Shown piece by piece: positions 1 to 11,244 of a stretch of 64,000 nt of DNA; the stretch's first letter is position 1; every line of letters begins with the position of its first letter. The notes below the pieces were generated by a model. The model was given only the letters and a program-made list of their open reading frames with translations, did no database searches and was not told the origin of the DNA. Location: positions 1 through 64,000 of the IMG/VR virus record IMGVR_UViG_3300005613_000019; one strand, 5' to 3'. Source of the stretch: a virus. A program made the translations under genes and the position numbers.

Positions 1-252
1 TTCTTCCTCAAGCTCCCTAGTTTCATCCTTACCACAAACAAAGCAATGACGGGTTTCTTGCCAACGATCATAATCAGAAAAATAATAAGATACATAAATC
101 TTATGCCAATCAGACCAATCATGACCACCTAGAGATATGCAATGCTGATACAAATCTTGCTCTAGTTGTCTTCTATAAGTACTAAGAAGATCTCTATTAG
201 TCTTCCTTTTTGCTTTGATTTTTTCTTTAGATTTGTTAGACATTTCAGACAT
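1..252 (-). CDS. small Cys/His (zinc-finger-like) hypothetical protein, runs off the window edge
   Basis: Hand-translated, not in the ORF track: MSEMSNKSKEKIKAKRK...HCISLGGHDWSDW...RHCFVCGKDETRELEEE. Strong SD (AAGGAGG) and a promoter lie upstream. Confidence 0.7.
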   Translation of the reverse strand, partial: MSEMSNKSKEKIKAKRKTNRDLLSTYRRQLEQDLYQHCISLGGHDWSDWHKIYVSYYFSDYDRWQETRHCFVCGKDETRELEEE

Positions 253-275
253 AAAAACCCTCCTTTTACGGTTTT

Positions 276-304
276 ATACTAGCAGACAATTTTGGGGAAG
301 TCAA
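276..304 (-). promoter_or_regulatory. sigma70-type promoter TTGACT-N17-TAGTAT with extended -10 TG
   Basis: Minus strand reads TTGACT tccccaaaattgtctgc TAGTAT just after the end of the tail fibre gene. Confidence 0.65.
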
Positions 305-313
305 GAAAAACTA

Positions 314-3300
314 TTAAAACGTATTTAAAGTAATACCACCAGCTAAGTTTTGTTGCTCTACTATATTAGAATTAGTTGCAGCACCTTGAATATAGCCAGG
401 AGCAGGTACAGAATAAGACCCTTGTTCATCAGCTACAGGTAATCCAGGACCCCTCCAATACTTTATAAAGTTATTAAGATAAGTAACACGATAAACATTA
501 TCAAAAAAACCAGCTCCATTTTTATATATAATAAATTCAAATAAAGTAGCACCCGCTAATTTATGTGACCCAAATATTATATTGTTTTTAATAATACCCT
601 CCGACCTGGTACCATCGGGTGTAAGATAAAAATATAAACCATTTGCGTTAGTAATACCTGGAGCACCATCCACTTGGTCATTATATATCGTATTATTAGA
701 TACATTCCAACCACCCCATACATTAGAAACGTAAACACAATGAAAAGTACCTACAGAGGTGCTATCATAATCCATATAAACTACATTATATTCAACATTA
801 ATTTCAGTACAGTTCCAAACCTTTAGCCCTGTAGTACCTGTATTTATAGTTTCGGCACTAGTACCTAAATTTATATTATTATTATTAATTTGGATGTCAG
901 ATCCATAAGAAACCTCAATACCATAACTAACAGAACTTAAACTTTTAGATAAGACTCTAATATTATTATTACATAACGTAACATTATCAGAATAAGAAGA
1001 CTCAATACCTATAGCTGAAGCTTCTATATCATTATTAGACACAACAACATTAGTAGAAGAAGTTAGTGCACTGCTCCCTAACTCTATAGCGGTAGAAAGC
1101 TCCCCCTTAATTAAGTTATTAGAAATAAAACAACCATCAGTAACTCTCAAATATATACCAATACCACGTTGATAAGTACTACCATTTAAAACATTATCTG
1201 AAATTACTATATTATCACTATCCTTAGCATTAATAACATAACTCGCCGCAGCAATAGGCTGCTCCCTCTCAAAATAATTACCCCTAATTATAGCATAATC
1301 ACAATTTACCAAAGAAAGAAGAGCATACGTAGAACTCTGAGATATAGACTCAACCCTATTATTTATAAACTGAAAATTAGTAAAAGTACCGCCCCCAGCA
1401 GAAGAAGAAAAAATAGATCTATTTACATAGATTTTACAATTTTCAATTAACACATTATCACCCGACCCAACGGATGATAAAAAATCTAAAACTTGATTCG
1501 AGCTACAGTCGCCGCAAATAATATTAGTGATGGTAACATCATCATTTAATCTAAAAAAAGCACCACTCCCGGTAGAAATATTTAAATCTGAAACACAACA
1601 ACCCTCTGACAAATACCAAGCACCATTAACAGACCCTACCGACTCACTAACAGAAGCATCACTATCCCTAACACCACACACATTAACATAAGAGGGTTGA
1701 GTAACGGCCTCCGGTATCAAAACATCACCTACAACTGTTATTGTAATTCCAGATTTATTAGTTTTATAATTTTCACATTCCAATTTAGCATAAGCAAATG
1801 CAGACCTTAAATCTCCAAACTGGCCAGAACCCATAGTTGGGGTTGTTACTGTACCACCATCCGTACCCACACTCCAATCAATAATATGCTTACCAACGCC
1901 CCTATACATAGGCTCTATTTTGGTAACAACTCCAGCCAGAGTCGTAATAAGCCAAAGAGGCATTCCTCTTTCTGGAGTAACTCCTCCATTACCTTGATAA
2001 TTTAAAAACTCCGATGGATCACCTAATTGAGGGTGTCCTACTAGCCACTCTATTACTTGATCATAATCACTATTAAAGTCTGTAGCAGAAAACAAGTCTT
2101 GATGTAAATTTCCTTCATAATCTACCCACAAAACAGTAGTAGTATTATCCGTTAAAGTATAATCATCCCCCTCTACATGAAATCTTTTACCTCTACAATA
2201 AAAAATACCACCATTAAGAGTAACATCCAAACCTGGTGCAGGCAAAGAACACCTAAAATCATATTGATTTTGCCTACTAAGCAAAATACCAGAATACTGT
2301 AACTCAGAGTTAGGATACTCATTTAACTCAAGATTAGATTCATCCGACAACTCATAGGTAGATAACGTGCCCCAAGGTCTATAATCGACTAGAGATCTTG
2401 ACCCTGGTGCTACCAATGGATCAAACCCTAGATTACCAGTAGATCCTATTGCATCATACCAATAGCTAACACCAGTTATAAGCATATTATCATCCACCTT
2501 TAAAGGTGAATAGACAGTAATGGTATCAGTATATGTATTATTTGCAGTTGGAAGATAGCCATCTGAGACTAAGATATCATCCCCCATAAATAAATCTACA
2601 TAATCATACTCATTAGGAGCGTATAACCGTATTACTCTATTAGCTACACCTCCAGTAGACGGTCTAAGATAAGACACAGCCTCACCACCCCCCCAAGAAG
2701 CCGAGATAGTAGTTCCTCCAGAAATAACTAAAACTAGGTCATAAGATCCAGAGGGATGCCCTTGATTCATTCCTATAATCCACGTACCTGTACAATTCCT
2801 AACACCTGGATAAGTAGCTTTTCTATAGGGTACTACTTCAGCACTATCATTTACATAAAATTCATAGTATTTAGTTCCCACACGAGATTCACCAGCCCCT
2901 AAAATACCAGCAGCAAAAGTTGCTGAGTCAAATACAGTAGTAACGTTAGTTAACGTATTTAATTTTTTACCATTAATATAATATAAAGATCCAGACGGAG
3001 GAGTAGTTATTTGAATAACATTTCCGTCAGAGGTACCAGCTGAAAGAGTATAATACAACGTATTTGAATTAGATCCTCTCCAAATACCATTTGAATGTTG
3101 TGTATCCTGATGCTCCTCCAAAAATGAAGAAGAAGATCCCTGTAAGTCATCTATTGAAAGTCCGTGAGGATTTTCTGGAGTAATGATACCATTACCCACT
3201 AAGCTCCTATGAAGAACATCCTCACCAGTAAATCTATCAGGATCTTGTTCATATAAATCAACAATAGTAATACTTTCATCATATGGCACTACTAACCCTG

Positions 3301-4087
3301 ACGGAAGTTGAGAAATAATTATTAAAAGAGTAATATCGTAACCAGACCCATCAGTAATTGTAACTTCAGAATCAACAGTTACATTTTCAACACCTGAGAT
3401 AACTCCACCTGGAGATGTCCAATAAAACTTATAAATAGGAGCTGCCGTATCATCAAATCTAATAGTAGCGGTGCCTGTAGGACAATCAGGGTCTACTGCA
3501 GTAACAGTAACTCCCGAAATAACAGACAATTGATTAGGATTAGAATACTTCAAATTGTCAAAACCTGAAGTATACGTAAAATCCGAAAGAGCGCCACCAC
3601 CATTAGCTACTACATATCCTAAGATCAGACATCTATCTAATGCAATATTATCTAAATTATCATCCGTCAAAGGTACAATAGAGGTATTAGCAAAATCAGT
3701 CTCATTTAGTGTTCTTATTTCATAGGTAGCTTCACTATATACTGGATACGTAGATCCGTCAGACTCATGAGGCATATACTTTGTATTATTCTCAGTATAC
3801 AACGCAAATACTACATTAGTAACTCCAAGAGTTGAGTCTTCTAATGCAACGTTAGTGTTAGAACTTGTAGCCTCTATCCACTCACCATTAGGCGTATACC
3901 CTGAAAATGCAGATATATCAATTCTATCAGTATTTACTGCATTAGCCGTAATAACCCCCCCAGAATATACACCTCTAGAGGTTACATCAGTTCTAAGCCT
4001 TTTTATTTGCTCAGCCTTAGTAGTCTCAGTATGCTTAAGAGTAGCATTGTCAACTAAAACACCATCTGGATACCTAGAACCTTCCAT
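314..4087 (-). CDS. tail fibre/tailspike with C-terminal right-handed parallel beta-helix (pectin-lyase-like) receptor-binding domain
   Basis: C-terminal repeats such as ISDNVL/ISNNLI/VSNNDI/INNNNI/VSNNTI are typical of beta-helices. It is the last gene of the baseplate module. Confidence 0.75.
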   Translation of the reverse strand: MEGSRYPDGVLVDNATLKHTETTKAEQIKRLRTDVTSRGVYSGGVITANAVNTDRIDISAFSGYTPNGEWIEATSSNTNVALEDSTLGVTNVVFALYTENNTKYMPHESDGSTYPVYSEATYEIRTLNETDFANTSIVPLTDDNLDNIALDRCLILGYVVANGGGALSDFTYTSGFDNLKYSNPNQLSVISGVTVTAVDPDCPTGTATIRFDDTAAPIYKFYWTSPGGVISGVENVTVDSEVTITDGSGYDITLLIIISQLPSGLVVPYDESITIVDLYEQDPDRFTGEDVLHRSLVGNGIITPENPHGLSIDDLQGSSSSFLEEHQDTQHSNGIWRGSNSNTLYYTLSAGTSDGNVIQITTPPSGSLYYINGKKLNTLTNVTTVFDSATFAAGILGAGESRVGTKYYEFYVNDSAEVVPYRKATYPGVRNCTGTWIIGMNQGHPSGSYDLVLVISGGTTISASWGGGEAVSYLRPSTGGVANRVIRLYAPNEYDYVDLFMGDDILVSDGYLPTANNTYTDTITVYSPLKVDDNMLITGVSYWYDAIGSTGNLGFDPLVAPGSRSLVDYRPWGTLSTYELSDESNLELNEYPNSELQYSGILLSRQNQYDFRCSLPAPGLDVTLNGGIFYCRGKRFHVEGDDYTLTDNTTTVLWVDYEGNLHQDLFSATDFNSDYDQVIEWLVGHPQLGDPSEFLNYQGNGGVTPERGMPLWLITTLAGVVTKIEPMYRGVGKHIIDWSVGTDGGTVTTPTMGSGQFGDLRSAFAYAKLECENYKTNKSGITITVVGDVLIPEAVTQPSYVNVCGVRDSDASVSESVGSVNGAWYLSEGCCVSDLNISTGSGAFFRLNDDVTITNIICGDCSSNQVLDFLSSVGSGDNVLIENCKIYVNRSIFSSSAGGGTFTNFQFINNRVESISQSSTYALLSLVNCDYAIIRGNYFEREQPIAAASYVINAKDSDNIVISDNVLNGSTYQRGIGIYLRVTDGCFISNNLIKGELSTAIELGSSALTSSTNVVVSNNDIEASAIGIESSYSDNVTLCNNNIRVLSKSLSSVSYGIEVSYGSDIQINNNNINLGTSAETINTGTTGLKVWNCTEINVEYNVVYMDYDSTSVGTFHCVYVSNVWGGWNVSNNTIYNDQVDGAPGITNANGLYFYLTPDGTRSEGIIKNNIIFGSHKLAGATLFEFIIYKNGAGFFDNVYRVTYLNNFIKYWRGPGLPVADEQGSYSVPAPGYIQGAATNSNIVEQQNLAGGITLNTF

Positions 4088-4152
4088 ATTTTATCTCCTA
4101 TATCTTTCCAATTTTTAAATAAAAATACTCTAAAATAAAAATAATCAACAAA

Positions 4153-7100
4153 TTATCCCCAAATATTAGTTAAACCCCTAACATAGGGTGACACTCCCCT
4201 TATTTTAAGACCTTTTAACGTTAAAGACCTTATTTTAAAATCACTAATATCTCTAATACCTGAGACAGACAACCTTAATTGATGATATCTATAATAATAA
4301 GACCCTACACCATCATTAAAAAGTCTAGCTACTGAGTTTTTATCAACCTCCTCATAAGTATCAAGTAAAACTCCAGCTGATGAATTAGAATTTCTGGTTT
4401 CAAAAGTAACAATAAGATCACTAGTAGGGTATACACGCTTCTCATTATGAGTTAAATAATATTGACCTGAAGTTAAAGCACCCGCATCTATAGAAACTGT
4501 CTTATCATCTTCAAATCTCCAAAACCTGTTAGAAATAATCTTACGCTCAGTAGATCTCTGAACAAACAATTCAGAGGTAGACTTATTCATATCAGATCTA
4601 TTTTCAAGATAAGCCCTGCCGGTTTCAATATTAAAAAACAAAGGAACGGTATTTTCGTATAATCCCTGCTCCTTATCATAACGAGTCCATAAAAAATAAT
4701 CTAAAAACCACACATAATCATCAAAATTAGCCCCTAAATCAAAAACAGGAGTTTCAACCTGATATAAAAGACCATAATCTATTGTAAAAGTTGAAGATAA
4801 ACTAAGATCCCCAGAAACAAACCAAGAAACCGGTATTTGAACAGTATCATTAGCTGAAAATGACCACAAGTCATTAGGCACTGGGATACCATCTTCATAT
4901 AAAATTGCAGAAGTTTGATCTTCATCACAAATATAAGTTAAAGTTGCCTCATAATTTGCACCAACCAATGACAACAACAGAGTTTCCCCCTCTTGAGGGG
5001 GAAACTCTGGATATATATAAGAGAACCTAAAAGGGTCTGAAGAAGATAAGCTAGAGTTAATTAGTCCACACGTTGAAAAATCCGATTCACTTATAGACCC
5101 TACCAAATTAACAGGATCACCGTTTGAGTCATACTCAGTAACATCAAAAATATCTATAGAAGAATGAGCAGGAGAAATCTTTCTAGGCAAACCCTTTTCT
5201 AAACTAGAATCAGATATTATAATAGTTCTTGAAGTAGTAGATGTTATAGAACCAGATAAAACCGGTAAAAAGCTATATATAACATCAATATCAATAGTAG
5301 ACGCATCAGGAGCCGTTAACGTATAAGTTCCATCACTAAGTATAGTAGTCCACCCAGTCATAGGTGGGTATGCAGTGCCATAAGGTTGCCATCTAAATCT
5401 TCGTAAAGACGTTGAAGGATTATATTCATACTCAAACGTACCAGATCCATTAGGAGTCTCTGTAGATATCGCGCTTATCTTGATACCACCGATAACACTA
5501 GATGGAGAAGCTTCTTTATATTCTAAACCTAAATATTTTTGTTCTTGCAAAGTAAGAACTTCAGGAGACCACACCCACATTAATTCACCAAAATATTGAC
5601 GATGTCTATTTCTAGGAACAGTAGCACTATTTAAATATCTTGAAGATATATACTTAATAGTAGCAGATGGTGAATCAATTATAACATCTGAAACTGCACC
5701 TGCTGAAAAAGAACCATAAACGTCAACCGAAATTGCAAGATCTTCAAACACCGACCCAGTAGTTATACCGGCATCGTAAGGAATATCATAATAATCATAG
5801 ATATAAGTATAATCCTCATATCCAGATCCTCCAGCATCGCCCGAAACAGTATAAGACCCTATTGTATTATAACTATTAGCTTGACCATCAAAACTAAGCC
5901 CCAACTCTATAACAAAATTAGGAGACAACAAAGGTTTAACCCACATAGAAATCTCAAGTCTATAACCCTCATAATCATACGCACCAGCGTAACAAGTTTG
6001 AGGATAGCTTTGACCTCTAGGAGCATTATAAAAACTAGGATGCTTTAAAACAGGAATTACAAAATCACACACGTTAGAAGCAGAATCAGCAACTCTTATC
6101 TGAAAAGCTGGTGTAGGATCATAAGGCTCTAATTTAGCAGAAACAACCTCTGAAGGTTGAAAAACTATTGTAGACGTGGCTGAAGGCGTAGTAGGCAACC
6201 AAAGATCTGGATAATCTGTATACCCATCTGTAGCATCATCATACACAGTAACATTATCAGCTGCAATACCAGCCGGAAGATCATCTACCGTAACATTAAC
6301 CCAAGCTCCTTGAGTTTGTTGACATGCTTCTATATATCTTGTAAATCTTAAAATATAAGAAGTCGTATTAATAAGAGGGCTAGTACTAAGCTCATCAAAA
6401 TCAACATAAACTTCCAACTCATTTAAATCATTATCTGTTATAGTATAATTACCTGATTCAGTAAAAACAGTATAAGGACCAAACGACCCTCCAGGACAAG
6501 CCCAGCGGGCTTCATATACAACAGGACCAGCTAAATATACATACTGAACACTAGCAGGACCGTCATATTTCATAGCAACGCCGTTAACTTTTAATACCGT
6601 TATTCCAGGAATCGTATTAGTACCAGCAGGCATGTCCTTAATGACAGAACCAAACTTAATATCACCAGGTTTAATTCCAAAAAGCTCAGATGCTACTGAA
6701 AAAGTAGTAAAACTACCACTAGAACAAACCTTTACAGATCCTCCAGCAATTTGAGACTCAATTAAAACCTTAGTATTATAAACAGATGCTGCAGCAGCAT
6801 GAGCGATAGAATATACAGGATCAGCACCCAAAGCAGTATTGATATCTAAAACAACATTAGCTGGAGTAGGATTAGGACAACCTGTATTCAAAGTTATATC
6901 AATAATACCTAATGAATCAATATCTAAATAAATATGACTACCAGCAGCTACCGTATAAGGCGTAACTGATACATCTCTACCTAAAATCCATGCAGGTTTT
7001 GTACTAACAGGACCTGGCAAAAAAACTTCACCATCCTTAGGAATAGTTGATAAGCCTGCACTTCCGTTTGGAATCCAACTTAAATATGTACCATCCCAAG

Positions 7101-7851
7101 ATAATGAATGAGGAACACCAGGACTAGACACAACATCAGGTTCTACCTTAACTATATCAACACCAGTTACGTTATTTGTAGCTTTAGTTACAGTATGAGC
7201 CCTATCTAACAACCTATGATTTGAAAAAAAGTTTTGATCTAAAACCCAATTAGGACCCCATTTTCTACGAGAATAGCCAAAGGGCTCAACTTGAACTATT
7301 TCAGCAACAACCTCATTAAATCCTTTAAATTTACCACCATAATCCCTAAAAGCACAAGTAAACTCCTTTAACTGATTTCTATAAACACCTAAATCTTGAC
7401 CTATATCATTATAAAAATCAAAATGTCTTCCACGAGCATCTCTTAATGATTCAATCTCAGCAGTATCTATAGAAATATTACTACTAGCTTGAATTATATT
7501 ACTATCAATTACTTCAAGGACCTCAGCATAAGAAGCCAACCAAGTAGCATACTCTCTAATTGATAAATAAACAAAAACCCTAGTACCTGCAGGACTCTCT
7601 AAAGCAACTTCTACCTCTCCTAGAGGTAGAAGTCTTTCAAATTCAACATTACCTTGAGAATCTGATATAACATGTCCTGTATATATTTCATTAACATATA
7701 CGCCATATTTTGTATTAGCTATTGATACTTCTAGTCTAAATTCGGTATTGTCTGACCTATATGGTAAGACAATACCTTCATTTCTATAAAAAACACCTCC
7801 AATTATACCATTAACTAAATCAGCATATCTACTAACAGATGGAAAAGTCAT
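4153..7851 (-). CDS. large baseplate wedge/peripheral protein
   Basis: 1232 aa, beta-rich, downstream of baseplate J. The segment 'ISIDTAEIESLRDARG...YRNQLKEF' resembles P2 gpI/T4 gp7-type wedge motifs. Confidence 0.6.
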   Translation of the reverse strand: MTFPSVSRYADLVNGIIGGVFYRNEGIVLPYRSDNTEFRLEVSIANTKYGVYVNEIYTGHVISDSQGNVEFERLLPLGEVEVALESPAGTRVFVYLSIREYATWLASYAEVLEVIDSNIIQASSNISIDTAEIESLRDARGRHFDFYNDIGQDLGVYRNQLKEFTCAFRDYGGKFKGFNEVVAEIVQVEPFGYSRRKWGPNWVLDQNFFSNHRLLDRAHTVTKATNNVTGVDIVKVEPDVVSSPGVPHSLSWDGTYLSWIPNGSAGLSTIPKDGEVFLPGPVSTKPAWILGRDVSVTPYTVAAGSHIYLDIDSLGIIDITLNTGCPNPTPANVVLDINTALGADPVYSIAHAAAASVYNTKVLIESQIAGGSVKVCSSGSFTTFSVASELFGIKPGDIKFGSVIKDMPAGTNTIPGITVLKVNGVAMKYDGPASVQYVYLAGPVVYEARWACPGGSFGPYTVFTESGNYTITDNDLNELEVYVDFDELSTSPLINTTSYILRFTRYIEACQQTQGAWVNVTVDDLPAGIAADNVTVYDDATDGYTDYPDLWLPTTPSATSTIVFQPSEVVSAKLEPYDPTPAFQIRVADSASNVCDFVIPVLKHPSFYNAPRGQSYPQTCYAGAYDYEGYRLEISMWVKPLLSPNFVIELGLSFDGQANSYNTIGSYTVSGDAGGSGYEDYTYIYDYYDIPYDAGITTGSVFEDLAISVDVYGSFSAGAVSDVIIDSPSATIKYISSRYLNSATVPRNRHRQYFGELMWVWSPEVLTLQEQKYLGLEYKEASPSSVIGGIKISAISTETPNGSGTFEYEYNPSTSLRRFRWQPYGTAYPPMTGWTTILSDGTYTLTAPDASTIDIDVIYSFLPVLSGSITSTTSRTIIISDSSLEKGLPRKISPAHSSIDIFDVTEYDSNGDPVNLVGSISESDFSTCGLINSSLSSSDPFRFSYIYPEFPPQEGETLLLSLVGANYEATLTYICDEDQTSAILYEDGIPVPNDLWSFSANDTVQIPVSWFVSGDLSLSSTFTIDYGLLYQVETPVFDLGANFDDYVWFLDYFLWTRYDKEQGLYENTVPLFFNIETGRAYLENRSDMNKSTSELFVQRSTERKIISNRFWRFEDDKTVSIDAGALTSGQYYLTHNEKRVYPTSDLIVTFETRNSNSSAGVLLDTYEEVDKNSVARLFNDGVGSYYYRYHQLRLSVSGIRDISDFKIRSLTLKGLKIRGVSPYVRGLTNIWG

Positions 7852-8844
7852 TTAAATCCCCTCACCTAATCCTCTAGCCGCTGTTACTGGAGTTTTAATA
7901 ACAGAATCTCCAACTATATTCACCTTAACAGAACTAGCAACATTATCTAAAGCTATAAGCTCATCAACAAAATAATAAGTATAAGCATCTACATCATAAG
8001 AAGTTTTACCAGCAATAACACTAACATCAACTAAACCTGCATACGCCCCCTCTTTACCGTAAACATTAGTACTAGGAGGTGTAACTCCTCTTATTCTATA
8101 ATCACTTACTACCGTAACATTAGATACTGGATTAGTATCAAACATCATAAAAGGTCTACATTCTACATACTCAACAATTACACCAGACATCTCATAAGTT
8201 GCCGCATCATTAGTTGAAAAAAACCTCCAAGTATCTAATGCTCTAGTATGTTTTTTAGAATGAACAAACAAAGCACCGTTAGCATAAAAATAAGTATCAT
8301 CTGTCCAATTTAATATTTTAAAAGTTGAAACACCGTAAGTCCATAAATCTCTATAAGTCTCTACAACAGATCCACCATGGGTAATACTAACTTCTAAATA
8401 AAAACTTTTATCAGTTGATAGTATAATAGAAATATCAGAATAATTATTAGCATCTGCATAAAGCTGCATAGTAAATACATGAACTTCGCTCAAAGGATAC
8501 ACAATAGGCTTAGGTATATTAACTTTACACTCATACTGAGTGTTATCAAAAGTAGTTTGCATCTCTATACCACCTAAGCCGCCTGCTACGGCACCGGTAG
8601 CTAACTCAAGATGCGCAGCACCCGTTGATACAGACCCAGTACCGGCTGAGATATCAGTCCATTTGGCCCCATCTAAGGCTACTCCAGTAAAATCATCATC
8701 GAAATCAGTATAATCGAAACCCTCTCCTAAAATTACAATATCCTGACCACCAGTTGAAGGTCCAGAAGCTGGTAAAACATCGGTAAAATCTATAGTAGGT
8801 CCGTAAAGAACGCCCGATCCATATACAAAAGTTGAATATTTCAT
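7852..8844 (-). CDS. baseplate-associated protein with split IPT/TIG (Ig-like) domain
   Basis: 'VLPASGPSTGGQDIVILGEGF' and 'VVSDYRIRGVTPP...GLVDVSV' are IPT/TIG motifs around an inserted domain. The likely start is MKYSTF at 8844, next to the upstream stop, rather than 8904. Confidence 0.65.
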   Translation of the reverse strand: MKYSTFVYGSGVLYGPTIDFTDVLPASGPSTGGQDIVILGEGFDYTDFDDDFTGVALDGAKWTDISAGTGSVSTGAAHLELATGAVAGGLGGIEMQTTFDNTQYECKVNIPKPIVYPLSEVHVFTMQLYADANNYSDISIILSTDKSFYLEVSITHGGSVVETYRDLWTYGVSTFKILNWTDDTYFYANGALFVHSKKHTRALDTWRFFSTNDAATYEMSGVIVEYVECRPFMMFDTNPVSNVTVVSDYRIRGVTPPSTNVYGKEGAYAGLVDVSVIAGKTSYDVDAYTYYFVDELIALDNVASSVKVNIVGDSVIKTPVTAARGLGEGI

Positions 8845-8845
8845 T

Positions 8846-10282
8846 TTATACCAAATTAATAATAAAATCAGATTGAGCCAAACTTGCATAAGAAGTAGGC
8901 GCAATCTCTATATCAGCTACACTATTAGCAATGACAGTGTCAGATCTTTCCTGTAAATTAACATAAGTCCAATTATCTACACCGTAAATTTTAGAAACCT
9001 CAGAATCAATATCAAACTCCTCTAAGTTAACCCCTAGAGCTAACGAATTAACATATGAATAAACTGCCTCCCTAACTAGAGCCTCCACTATAGACGGACT
9101 TCCAGATCCTACCTTAAGATTAGCCTCTATTGCTATATTAGTAGGTTGAGACCACCTAAACAATTTATCAGCTCCCATAGTATAATACTCCTGCTGAGTA
9201 AAATAAGCCGATAACGTATTACAAAGGCTATTATAAGTATAAGTTATGATAACATCGTCATTAAGGTCTGGATGAGAACCTCCTGCAATCCACCTAATAC
9301 CATCTGACCCAAAACTACTATAAGAATACTCAGACTCACCTGTAACAACCTCATAATCGGTACCTTCAGTATATGTAAGTCCTGTAGCTACTGAAGAAAC
9401 CGAAGTAACTGAGATAATAGGTTGAAAATCTACAGATTGAAGTAACTCAGTTCCTTTATAATAGGTAACATAGCTTCTAGTTGCAGAAGTTTCACCCCTA
9501 AACCATATGTCTACTGCCCCAGCATCAGTTTCCTCACGAGTCAAATAAGAATCAGTACCATATACAACATAAACATCAGATACTGTAGATATATTATCAA
9601 GAATAAACCTCTTAATTCCTGCAGGAGTACTTATTTGAGACCCTTGAATATGAAGAAAATATCGTGTTGCAGCCTCCTCATTAGTTTCAACACCCCTAGA
9701 ACTATTAGTTGGCAGTTTATTAGTTACATACTCAAAACCAGAAATAGGTCTTAAAAAATTTGTAATTGTATAGGCACCTACTTGATTAACGACACCTGTA
9801 GTAATAGAAGACGCCGCTACAGCAAGTTCATAAACCTCAGTATCAATATTATAATAAGCTGAAGCTGAAGCAGCGTACATAGTTTTAGTTTCCAATGTCC
9901 TAAAAGTCACTATGTTTCCGGTAGCAGGATCTTGTATAGTAGCTACAGGAAAATTAACAGGAACAGTTATATCAACAGTAGGTGCAGACTCCCTACTAAA
10001 AGTTAAAGTAGTATAAGCCCTGCTACCATCCCACCTTATAATAGACTCATTAGCTAAAACAGTATCAACATCATCAGGTGATAGTGTTGATGCATTTTTT
10101 AAACTAATAAGCCTGTTAAGATAAACAATCCTATCATTTTGATTTTCTAAAACATCAGAAAAAGGATCTATAAATACATCTTTAACAGGACCTATATTAG
10201 TGTCAATCTTATCATTACGGTCATTAACACCATCACTTATTCTCTCAGCAAACTCCGTAGATGTTATTTTATTAACTGGCAT
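8846..10282 (-). CDS. baseplate J-like wedge protein (P2 gpJ/Mu gp47/T4 gp6 family)
   Basis: Motifs 'TLTFSR...ITVPVNFPVAT', 'VTNKLPTNSSRGVETNEE...R', 'AGAVDIW' and 'YVNSLALG'. Confidence 0.85.
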   Translation of the reverse strand: MPVNKITSTEFAERISDGVNDRNDKIDTNIGPVKDVFIDPFSDVLENQNDRIVYLNRLISLKNASTLSPDDVDTVLANESIIRWDGSRAYTTLTFSRESAPTVDITVPVNFPVATIQDPATGNIVTFRTLETKTMYAASASAYYNIDTEVYELAVAASSITTGVVNQVGAYTITNFLRPISGFEYVTNKLPTNSSRGVETNEEAATRYFLHIQGSQISTPAGIKRFILDNISTVSDVYVVYGTDSYLTREETDAGAVDIWFRGETSATRSYVTYYKGTELLQSVDFQPIISVTSVSSVATGLTYTEGTDYEVVTGESEYSYSSFGSDGIRWIAGGSHPDLNDDVIITYTYNSLCNTLSAYFTQQEYYTMGADKLFRWSQPTNIAIEANLKVGSGSPSIVEALVREAVYSYVNSLALGVNLEEFDIDSEVSKIYGVDNWTYVNLQERSDTVIANSVADIEIAPTSYASLAQSDFIINLV

Positions 10283-10723
10283 TTATTTCCTCGATCCACC
10301 ACTAATTGAAAAACTAGAATTATTATCCTCAGTTATTATATCAACCTTCCACCTAAATAATCTTGGATCTGTATAATCCTGCCATACATCAGGTGACGAA
10401 TAATCATAAATAAGCTCTTGAGGGGTCCTTGTAGAATATTGATATTTCCTCTGAGCTTGCTTTAACCGTGATAACCCAACATCAACCCTACTTTGAAATT
10501 CAAAAGCAATAGGAAAATGAGCAAAAGCCTCATGTGGGTCAGCATCAACTCTACCAACTACTTCGTCAAGACTCATACCAAGACCATTAGAACTCCTAAC
10601 ATCAGTAGTAATAACGCAGACTACGTCTTGTTTTACCTTATCTTTACCCTCCACGTAAGTATAACCACTGTTAGTATATAAACGCTGCATATCACCATTT
10701 TCCCATTTTAAAGTTTTAGCCAT
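10283..10723 (-). CDS. baseplate wedge/sheath initiator (gp25-like)
   Basis: Size, 'VEGKDKVKQDV...GLGMSL' motif, and position directly before baseplate J. Confidence 0.65.
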   Translation of the reverse strand: MAKTLKWENGDMQRLYTNSGYTYVEGKDKVKQDVVCVITTDVRSSNGLGMSLDEVVGRVDADPHEAFAHFPIAFEFQSRVDVGLSRLKQAQRKYQYSTRTPQELIYDYSSPDVWQDYTDPRLFRWKVDIITEDNNSSFSISGGSRK

Positions 10724-10724
10724 G

Positions 10725-11240
10725 TTATACGTCTAACCCTTCAACAACCATCCTCTGATATAAAGCATCCTCAATTACAACATTACAAGCAACTAAAGTA
10801 GCTTTAGTTGCTTCCCAATATTGTAATAATTTATCAAAATAAGTTAAAACACTAATAGATGCTTGATATTTTTCTTTATATGTTTTAAAAAATGAAAAAG
10901 AATCTATTAAAGCAATTACTGGACTAACAAAATAATTATAAAATTCAGGACACAACGCCATAGGAGGTCCAATTTTTTGAACAGCACCTAACAAAGTATT
11001 TTTAAGTTCATTTAAAATACCCTCTAAAAAAGACCATACAAAATCTATAAGAGCATTCCAAATATCAAGTTGTGCAATTATCGCCCTTAACTCCAAAATC
11101 TTAGCATCTATTAACGCAATAAGTGTAGTTACTAAAGTTTGTAGCATTCTTAAAACCGTAGCAGCTAAAGTATAAAAAAAGTTAACAACACACCTTGCTA
11201 AAATATTTGCAGACTCTAATGCAGCAGTACCAACAGTCAT
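10725..11240 (-). CDS. helical hydrophobic hypothetical protein in the baseplate module
   Basis: ORF abuts both neighbours; amphipathic helical composition. Confidence 0.5.
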   Translation of the reverse strand: MTVGTAALESANILARCVVNFFYTLAATVLRMLQTLVTTLIALIDAKILELRAIIAQLDIWNALIDFVWSFLEGILNELKNTLLGAVQKIGPPMALCPEFYNYFVSPVIALIDSFSFFKTYKEKYQASISVLTYFDKLLQYWEATKATLVACNVVIEDALYQRMVVEGLDV

Positions 11241-11244
11241 AATC

